From: Actinomycetota bacterium | GTDB lineage: Bacteria; Actinomycetota; Acidimicrobiia; Acidimicrobiales; CAIXPF01 | Direction: 5' to 3' | Length of the DNA: 64,000 nucleotides | Assembly (NCBI GenBank): GCA_016870475.1 | Contig: VGBO01000003.1 | Coordinates: 5,800-69,799 of the forward strand | Shown: positions 57,998-64,000 of the stretch, in pieces | Position numbering within the stretch: the first letter of the stretch is position 1 | How the letters are laid out: each line of letters begins with the position of its first letter | Position numbers and translations under genes: made by a program | Notes under the pieces: model-generated | What the model saw: the letters and a program-made list of their open reading frames with translations, nothing else | What the model was told of the DNA's origin: nothing | Databases searched by the model: none

Positions 57998-58294
57998 GTG
58001 GTGTCTGGCCGTGTCGTGGTCGTCGACGCGAATGTTTTCTACTCAATCGAGTTGACCGACCTGCTCGTGACGTTCGCAGCACACCGGCTTGTCCGCCGGC
58101 ACTGGTCATCGACGATCCTCGACGAAGTCGGCCGCAACCTCGCGAAGCGTGCCGACCTCTCCCCGGTCGCAATCGCCCACCGGATCGGGCGGATGGACGC
58201 CACGCCGGATGGAACCGGTTCGTCGACGCCGTTCACATCCCCCTGTTCGGTGCATGGACGGCCGGCACGATGGTCGCGTGCATCCCGCATCTGA
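57998..58294 (+). pseudogene. PIN-domain toxin, truncated
   Basis: VVVVDANVFYSIELTDLLVTFAAHRLVRRHWSSTILDEVGRNL is a PIN N-terminus. Family-like sequence stops around codon 70 (about 58200) and the frame then drifts into unrelated sequence. Confidence 0.5.
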
Positions 58295-58881
58295 GCGGGT
58301 ACGCGTCACCCACGATGGAGCGCCTCGGCGTCGTCGAGCTCGCCGCGCTGGGCACCCTTGCGGTGCGGTACGCAGTGGAGAACGTTGCACGGGTCTCCGT
58401 GGCGGAGCGGCTCGGCGCGGTCGAGGTCGGCGAGCTGCCTGAGCCGTCGGCGGTCCAGCGGCACCTCTCGGCGTTGGTGCGATCGGCGTTGTTCGTCTTC
58501 GTCGCGGCCGTGTTCATCGAGGCGAGATGGGCGCTCTGGCTGGGTGAGGCGATGTTCCTCGTCCCGAAGCTCGTCGAACAGTTCGCGGAACGGTTCCCGA
58601 ACTTCGGCGAGGCGTACCGATGGGTGCCCCGGAACCACTTCCGGATCGTTGCCATGTTCTTCGTGATGCTGTGGTGGGGAATCGCGCTGGCAGATGCGGT
58701 CGAGGGTCCGGACGGCGTCGCTCGCGGTTTCGTATTGATGAGCGTGCCGGGATTGCTGCTCGGTGGGCTCGACTGGTTCGTGCGTGACGGATCTCGGTGG
58801 CCGTCGAATGCGCTGAGTCGGCTCCTCGGTGTGGCGCCGTTCCTGTTCGGTGTCGCGCTCGTCCGGGGCCTGGTGCTCTGA
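58270..58881 (+). CDS. Hypothetical membrane protein (about 4 TM helices)
   Basis: ORF track 203 aa (alternative ATG at 58315). Hydrophobic helices ALFVFVAAVFIEARWALWL, IVAMFFVMLWWGIALA, FVLMSVPGLLLGGL and LLGVAPFLFGVALV. Confidence 0.5.
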   Translation: MVACIPHLSGYASPTMERLGVVELAALGTLAVRYAVENVARVSVAERLGAVEVGELPEPSAVQRHLSALVRSALFVFVAAVFIEARWALWLGEAMFLVPKLVEQFAERFPNFGEAYRWVPRNHFRIVAMFFVMLWWGIALADAVEGPDGVARGFVLMSVPGLLLGGLDWFVRDGSRWPSNALSRLLGVAPFLFGVALVRGLVL

Positions 58882-58915
58882 CCCGCCGTCCCAGAGGTTG
58901 CCGGCACGAACCGGG

Positions 58916-59170
58916 TCACTCCTCCGGGTGCCGCCGGTCCGCATCGGACCAGTTGCACGCCGTGCATCGCACCGTGGGGTCGTAGCCGGGGGAGATGACA
59001 CAACCACCGAGGACGACGTCGCCTCGCTCGTAGGCATCCGCCAGCTCGCTACCCGGATAGCCGAAGACGACCGGCACCACGCTCCGTCGACCGCATTCGG
59101 GACAGTCGGCCCGGTCGCCGATCTCTCTCGGCCATCGCTCGTCGCGTTGGTCGTTGCTGTTCTCGCGCAT
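58916..59170 (-). CDS. Small zinc-ribbon-like protein, hypothetical
   Basis: ATG at 59170 is preceded by GGAGG. MRENSNDQRDERWPREIGDRADCPECGRRS...VRCTACNWSD carries CxxC...CxxC. Confidence 0.5.
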   Translation of the reverse strand: MRENSNDQRDERWPREIGDRADCPECGRRSVVPVVFGYPGSELADAYERGDVVLGGCVISPGYDPTVRCTACNWSDADRRHPEE

Positions 59171-59358
59171 TGTCGCACCTCCACGCACGACCCTACGGGC
59201 GACCCGGGACACGGTTCGCGGGCGCCGATCGTGGGTATGCCGCGCGCGTGCCACCCCTTCGACGGTCGGATCGGCGCAGCGTGCGCGCCCCTGCAGAGCG
59301 CTCCCGGCGGACGTCGGCACCCTGGCACATCCACGTGCCGACGAGGCGACACCCGGGT

Positions 59359-59553
59359 GTGCGGTCGGTCGCCGAGCTCACCCCCGGTGAGCGCGCTGCG
59401 GACTGGCTGCGCAACCGCATGGGGTCGTGGGGCTTCGTGTTCTGGGCGCTCGTCTTCCTCGCCGGCTGGATGGCGGGGGCGATCCGGCTCATCGCAGCTC
59501 AGTCGACGAACCGCATGGCGAGTGATCCACCGACGGCGAGCAGGAGCACATAA
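59359..59553 (+). pseudogene. DUF1003-family membrane protein stub
   Basis: LTPGERAADWLRNRMGSWGFVFWALVFLAGWM matches the family N-terminus. Similarity ends near 59470-59480, and the frame runs into the 3' end of the convergent antiporter gene. Confidence 0.45.
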
Positions 59554-60641
59554 GCGGCAGCGAACCCACCGAGGCGAGGCTCGATCCCGGCGGCGGTGCC
59601 GAGTCCGGCGATCACCACCGAGAACTCGCCTCGTGGGATGAGCGACGCTGCGGCGCGTCGTCGGCCACGGATCCCGATGCCGGCGCGACGTGCTGCCCAC
59701 CAGCCGGTGCCGGCCTTCGATGCGGCACCGACGACGGCGAGAGCGAGCGCGGGAAGGACCACCGGCGGGAGCTCGCCGATGTCGACCTGCATCCCGAAGA
59801 AGATGAAGAACAACCCGCCGAACACGTCCCGGATCGGTGTGAGCAGCGCCCGACCTCGCTCGGCCATCTGCCCGGACAGCATCACGCCGATCAGGAACGC
59901 GCCGACGGCCGCCGAGACGCGGACCCGGTCGGCGAGACCTGCGGCGAGGAGCGTGACCCCGAGGACCGTGAGCAGCAGGAGTTCCGGCGACGGTGAGTCG
60001 AGGAGTCGGCTCACGAGGGTGCCGTGGCGGAACGACACGAGGAGGGCGACAGCGACGACGCCGAGAGCGATGGCGACGGAGACGCCGGCGTCGGTGAGCG
60101 ATGAGCCGACGAGCAGCACGCCGGCGACCGGGAGGAACACCGCCATCACGATGTCCTCGATCACGAGGACCGAGAGCACCGTGGAGGTCTCGCGGTTGCC
60201 GAACCGGTCGAGGTCGCCGAGCAACCTCGCGACGATGCCGGACGATGTGATGTAGGTGACGCCGCCGAGGAGGAACGCGGCGACGGGGTCCCATCCGAGG
60301 AGGAACCCTGCAGCGAGGCCCGGCGTGAAGTTCGCGACCACATCGAGCGCACCGGCCGACCAGTCACGCCGGATTCCCGTGCGCAACTCCTCCGGCGTGT
60401 ACTCGAGCCCGAGAAGGAGGAGCAGGAGCACCACACCGAGGTCCGCACCGATACGGATGAAGTCCGTGCTCCCCTCGAGCCCGATCGGGCTCCCCTCACC
60501 GAGCAGCAGACCCGCGACGAGGTAGAGGGGGATCGACGGCAGGCCGACGCGCGCGGCGAGTCGGCCGCTGACGGCGAGCACGAGCAGCACGGCACCGAGT
60601 TCGACGAGGACGGCCCCGGCCGTCGATGCGGCGAGGATCAC
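59499..60641 (-). CDS. Cation:proton antiporter (CPA2, KhtU/Kef-like)
   Basis: GTG at 60641 inside track ORF 59499..60848. RVGLPSIPLYLVAGLLLGEGSP, LLLLLLGLEYTPEEL; polytopic. Confidence 0.85.
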   Translation of the reverse strand: MILAASTAGAVLVELGAVLLVLAVSGRLAARVGLPSIPLYLVAGLLLGEGSPIGLEGSTDFIRIGADLGVVLLLLLLGLEYTPEELRTGIRRDWSAGALDVVANFTPGLAAGFLLGWDPVAAFLLGGVTYITSSGIVARLLGDLDRFGNRETSTVLSVLVIEDIVMAVFLPVAGVLLVGSSLTDAGVSVAIALGVVAVALLVSFRHGTLVSRLLDSPSPELLLLTVLGVTLLAAGLADRVRVSAAVGAFLIGVMLSGQMAERGRALLTPIRDVFGGLFFIFFGMQVDIGELPPVVLPALALAVVGAASKAGTGWWAARRAGIGIRGRRRAAASLIPRGEFSVVIAGLGTAAGIEPRLGGFAAAYVLLLAVGGSLAMRFVD

Positions 60642-60654
60642 GACGCGCCGACCG

Positions 60655-61134
60655 TCAACCGTGCAGCAGTTGCTGAGCGGCGAGCACGCCGTCGTGGGAG
60701 CCGACGACGAGCGCAACGTCGCCCGCCTCGAGCACGAACTCCGGTCCCGGTCCGGGGATCGAGGCGTCACCACGGAGGACGGCGACGACGGATGCGCCGG
60801 TTGCGGTGCGGATGCGACCGTCCCCGATGGTTCGTCCGGCGAGCCCACGCCCGGCTTCGAGCGGCACCCATTCGATCGACAGGCCCTCGACCTCGTACAT
60901 GAGATCTGCGATCCGTTCGGTCACCTTCGTGCCGCCGAGGAGTTCGACGAGAGTTGCGGTCTCCTCGCCCGACATCATGACGGTGTCGCGGCAGGAATCC
61001 GGGTCACGCTTGTCGTACAGGACGAGCTCGCGACGCCCGTCACGACGAACGATGACACCGAGACGGTCGCCGGCTGCGCTCGTGAACTCGTAACGGACCC
61101 CGACTCCGGGCAGAAGGGTCTCGAACAGCTCCAC
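60655..61134 (-). CDS. Cation:proton antiporter regulatory subunit (TrkA-C domain, KhtT-like)
   Basis: ORF track 159 aa. LPGVGVRYEFTSAAGDRLGVIVRRDGRRELVLYD plus C-terminal TrkA-C (LAGRTIGDGRIRTATGASVVAVLRG). Sits 13 nt upstream of the antiporter gene. Confidence 0.85.
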   Translation of the reverse strand: MELFETLLPGVGVRYEFTSAAGDRLGVIVRRDGRRELVLYDKRDPDSCRDTVMMSGEETATLVELLGGTKVTERIADLMYEVEGLSIEWVPLEAGRGLAGRTIGDGRIRTATGASVVAVLRGDASIPGPGPEFVLEAGDVALVVGSHDGVLAAQQLLHG

Positions 61135-61168
61135 GGCACGTCACCCTACCGTCCCGGTGCGAGGTCGC

Positions 61169-61954
61169 TCAGTGCGGAACGGACGTCACGGCGAACCGGG
61201 CCTGACCCGGGTCGTCCTCGCCGAACCCGGAGAACCGTCGTTGGGTGGTCAGGAACCGCACCGTCGGTTCGCGCTCGGGAGTGACGACGAGGATGCGACC
61301 GTCGTCGACGAGGACGGTGCGGCCGTCGGGCGCCCAGAACGCGGCCACGATCCGGTAGAGGTAGTCACCGGGCCCCTGAGCGGACAGCACGGTGGTGCGC
61401 CGTCCCGATGCGTCGGTGCGGAACACCTCGACCTTGCCGGTCTCCTCATCGGAGCGGAACGAGAGCCGGTCGCCGGCGTCGTTCACGAGCGGCCTGGTGC
61501 CGAGATCCGCATATGCGGCGCGTCGTTCCGGCGGCACGTCCTCGACCGCTCCGGTCGCGGGGTCCACGAGGCGCTGCCAGGAAACGGCGAACGCCGGCCC
61601 CGAACGTTCGTCCATGCGGAGCATCGTCACCTCGAGCCGGCCGTCCGCCGCCCACAGGAGTTGCGGGCCGACCGGCTTGCCGAACCGTTCGGCCTCCGTC
61701 ACGTCGAAGCCGCTCGCCTCCGGTGGGCAGTAGAGCTCTCGTTGCGGGCCCCCGCCGAGGGAAATCAGATGGACGCACCCCGATGCCTCGTCGACGTTCG
61801 CGACCGTGCCGACGAGCGTCGGGTCCGGCGACGCGACGAGTGAGGGAAACCGCGGATCGTTCCGCTGCAGGAGCGTGCTGGCGATCCCGACCGAGCTGAG
61901 GGTTGCGACGAACACCATGGCGGCGGCGACCACGGCGAGTGCTCGGGGGTACAC
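61169..61954 (-). CDS. Hypothetical membrane-anchored or secreted protein
   Basis: ORF track 261 aa. N-terminal TM/signal helix ALAVVAAAMVFVATLSSVG, then a beta-rich-looking body. No family recognised. Confidence 0.55.
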   Translation of the reverse strand: MYPRALAVVAAAMVFVATLSSVGIASTLLQRNDPRFPSLVASPDPTLVGTVANVDEASGCVHLISLGGGPQRELYCPPEASGFDVTEAERFGKPVGPQLLWAADGRLEVTMLRMDERSGPAFAVSWQRLVDPATGAVEDVPPERRAAYADLGTRPLVNDAGDRLSFRSDEETGKVEVFRTDASGRRTTVLSAQGPGDYLYRIVAAFWAPDGRTVLVDDGRILVVTPEREPTVRFLTTQRRFSGFGEDDPGQARFAVTSVPH

Positions 61955-62048
61955 GAGATGATCCTCCCACGATCGGCGGCGGGGCGAGATCTACCCGCTG
62001 CCGAACCTCAGTAGGCCTCAGCTCGCAGGTCGTCGACCGGACCGACGC

Positions 62049-63098
62049 TCACGTCGACGCCCCGTCATCCCCGATGTCGTCGAGAGCATCGATCGATCCG
62101 ATCCAGGGCGCCGCGGTCGGGTCGAAGTGGATGCGGAGCCAGCCGGCGCTCTCGGCGGGATCCGCAGCGGTGATCTCACCGGCGTCGGCGCCGACGGTGT
62201 CGGGCGGGCCGACGATCAAGGGGTCGGGCGACCCGACGATGTCGAGCCGCTTGTCGGGGTAGTCGAGCCCGGCGAGGACGAAGCGCATCGCTTCGAGGCG
62301 CGCCCGCTTCTTGTCGTTCGTCCTGACGACAGTCCATGGCGCGAGGTCGTGGTCGGTTCGTCGGAACATCTCGACCTTCGCGGCGGTGAAGTCGTCCCAA
62401 CGGTCGAGGGTCGCGAGATCGTTGGCGCTGAGTTTCCACTGCCGCACGGGATCGATCCGGCGGATGAGGAACCGCGTGATCTGCTCATGGCGCGACACCG
62501 AGAACCACAGTTTCACGATGCGCACACCGGATTCGACGAGGAGTCGCTCGAAGGTCGGCGCCTGCTGCGCGAACTCCTCGTACTGTTCCTCGCTGCAGTA
62601 CCCCATAACGCGCTCGACGACCGCTCGGTTGTACCAGGATCGGTCGAACAGGACGATCTCACCGTTGGTGGGCAGATGTTCGACGTACCGCTGGAAGTAC
62701 CACTGCCCGGTCTCGCGCGCCGACGGTGCCGACAGCGCGATGACCCGAGCGCCGCGTGGGTTCAGGTGCTCCATGAACCGCTTGATCGTCCCGCCCTTCC
62801 CTGCGGCGTCACGACCTTCGAACAGCACGATCAGACGACCGCCGCTCTCCTGGATCCACGTCTGCGCCTTGAGCAGTTCGATCTGGAGGAGGCGCTTCTG
62901 GCCCTCGTAGTACTCCCGGGTGAGCCGGTGGTCGTAGGGGTAGCCCTCACGCCAGGTCTCGACGACCCTCCCGTCGGGGCCGATGAGGACTGGGTCGTCG
63001 ACGGTACCGAACGTTCCTTCGACGGTGAAGCCGAGCGACGCGAGTTGCGCATCGGACATCGTGCGGAGCGTCGAGATCACCTCGCTGAGGGGGATCAT
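62049..63098 (-). CDS. ppk2: Polyphosphate kinase 2
   Basis: ATG at 63098 (or 63059) inside track ORF 62049..63476. Walker A FEGRDAAGKGGTIKR, FDRSWYNR and lid-region WKLSANDL. Confidence 0.9.
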   Translation of the reverse strand: MIPLSEVISTLRTMSDAQLASLGFTVEGTFGTVDDPVLIGPDGRVVETWREGYPYDHRLTREYYEGQKRLLQIELLKAQTWIQESGGRLIVLFEGRDAAGKGGTIKRFMEHLNPRGARVIALSAPSARETGQWYFQRYVEHLPTNGEIVLFDRSWYNRAVVERVMGYCSEEQYEEFAQQAPTFERLLVESGVRIVKLWFSVSRHEQITRFLIRRIDPVRQWKLSANDLATLDRWDDFTAAKVEMFRRTDHDLAPWTVVRTNDKKRARLEAMRFVLAGLDYPDKRLDIVGSPDPLIVGPPDTVGADAGEITAADPAESAGWLRIHFDPTAAPWIGSIDALDDIGDDGAST

Positions 63099-63123
63099 CG
63101 GGGCGGGAACGTACAGGTCGCCG

Positions 63124-63504
63124 ATGAACGCCAGGTGGCCGAGACGTGGCGGAACCGGGAACAACGAGGGCAAACCGTTTCCTCGGCGTGGTCCCCGGGG
63201 CACGCGGTCCACGGGGTCGGGAACCGCCCGGCCACCATGGAGGTGGATCACGAGGAAGCGGAAGATCGCAGCAGCAGCCGGTGGGGGGAACGGTGGTGAC
63301 ACCGAGACCTGGAAGGCGGCGACGGAGAAGTCGTACCTGTCGGACTGCCTCGACAAGGCCTTCAAGTCGAGGTACACGGCGGAGGAGGCCACAGCGATCC
63401 TCGCCCAGGCGAACTGCGACCACTGGGGTCCGTGGATCATCTGTGAGGTCGACCCGGGCAACTCCGCGACCCACAACAGCGCGCCGGGAGACGACGACCG
63501 CTGA
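63124..63504 (+). CDS. Hypothetical small protein with a four-Cys C-terminal domain
   Basis: Part of track ORF 62983..63504; the first ATG clear of ppk2 is at 63124. The last 65 codons look coding (WKAATEKSYLSDCLDKAFKSRYTAEEATAILAQANCDHWGPWIICEVD). The N-terminal part is Arg/Gly-rich and doubtful. Confidence 0.3.
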   Translation: MNARWPRRGGTGNNEGKPFPRRGPRGTRSTGSGTARPPWRWITRKRKIAAAAGGGNGGDTETWKAATEKSYLSDCLDKAFKSRYTAEEATAILAQANCDHWGPWIICEVDPGNSATHNSAPGDDDR

Positions 63505-63524
63505 GTCGAGCTCGCCGGCCCGGG

Positions 63525-64000
63525 TCAGCGTGCGGCGAATCGAGCGATCCGGATCTCGAACGGTCCGGTCTGCTCGTCCACCACGTACACGGTGAACTGT
63601 ACGACCCGGGCCGGGTCGAGCGGCGCGTCCGCGACACGCCGGTTGAGTCGAGAGGTGACCGGTTCGAACCCCGCCACGGGGAGTTCGTGCCCGACGAGGG
63701 TGCCTGCGGTCGTGCGGAACCGTTGCACCCAACGTCCCCCGTCGCGGTCGACGACCTGCAGGAGGTAGGTCGTGCCGTCCCCCTCGGCGTCGACGATGAA
63801 CGCCGTCGCACCTGCGGCGCCAGCGCTGAGATCCGCAGCCGGCCCCCGAACCGAGGAGAACCCGCCGTTGTTCTCGAGCGACACCGTGCCGCGGAAGCGG
63901 AGTCGACCGTCCTGCCAGTCGACGGTGCTCAGCGACACCCCGCCCATCACCCGGTCGTCGACCGTCGACCAGCCGGCGATCGACGAAGGATCGGTGAATC
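63525..64000 (-). CDS. CIA30-family (complex I intermediate-associated protein 30-like) protein; N-terminus outside the window
   Basis: Track ORF 63525..63950. The frame stays open to the window edge and reads FTDPSSIAGWSTVDDRVMGGVS, the family hallmark (W..v.DrVMGG.S). Confidence 0.7.
   Translation of the reverse strand, partial: FTDPSSIAGWSTVDDRVMGGVSLSTVDWQDGRLRFRGTVSLENNGGFSSVRGPAADLSAGAAGATAFIVDAEGDGTTYLLQVVDRDGGRWVQRFRTTAGTLVGHELPVAGFEPVTSRLNRRVADAPLDPARVVQFTVYVVDEQTGPFEIRIARFAAR

Noticed and set aside
59470-59480. TGGCGGGGGC at the DUF1003 breakpoint is the reverse complement of GCCCCCGCCA in the tRNA 3' end (46545-46554), so it was considered as a possible att site.
   Set aside because: It is only 10 nt long in GC-rich DNA and in inverted orientation. 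Integration att repeats should be direct. No longer match to the tRNA 3' half was seen.

Overview
Very GC-rich chromosome segment with clear Actinomycetota markers: WhiB, a DivIVA-domain protein, an F420/LLM enzyme, UPF0182 and an mshD-like relic. No rRNA, CRISPR array or intact transposase or integrase was seen. Positions 1-46.4 kb look like core genome. They carry a glutamate-synthase-like FMN protein, an LLM oxidoreductase, an ABC exporter with two FtsX-type permeases, argJ, mdh, an MgtE-type transporter and sdhCAB. They also carry two SDRs, an AAA+/VWA pair split by a degenerate GH1 gene, whiB, tatA, ppk1, chrA and pstSCAB-phoU with a two-component system. The rest of this part holds an MFS transporter, moaE, an orphan mreB, a PDZ/Lon protease, UPF0182, a Baeyer-Villiger monooxygenase and an amber-interrupted secreted beta-propeller gene. 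An initiator tRNA-Met lies at 46480-46556. Directly after it comes a roughly 13-kb accessory region (46.6-59.5 kb) that is AT-richer by eye. This region holds relic IS3-like ends, several pseudogenes and a compact metal (probably zinc) homeostasis module. The module comprises a Fur/Zur-like regulator, a ZnuABC-like importer, an SmtB-like sensor with a 49-aa His-rich peptide, and a COG0523 GTPase - WD40 - ferredoxin-like operon. A recurring 19-bp palindrome precedes these units, and this module is the most interesting part of the window. The right end (59.5-64 kb) returns to core-like genes: a KhtT/KhtU-like antiporter pair, ppk2 and a partial CIA30-family gene. All calls rest on my own reading and translation of the sequence. 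No database search was run.
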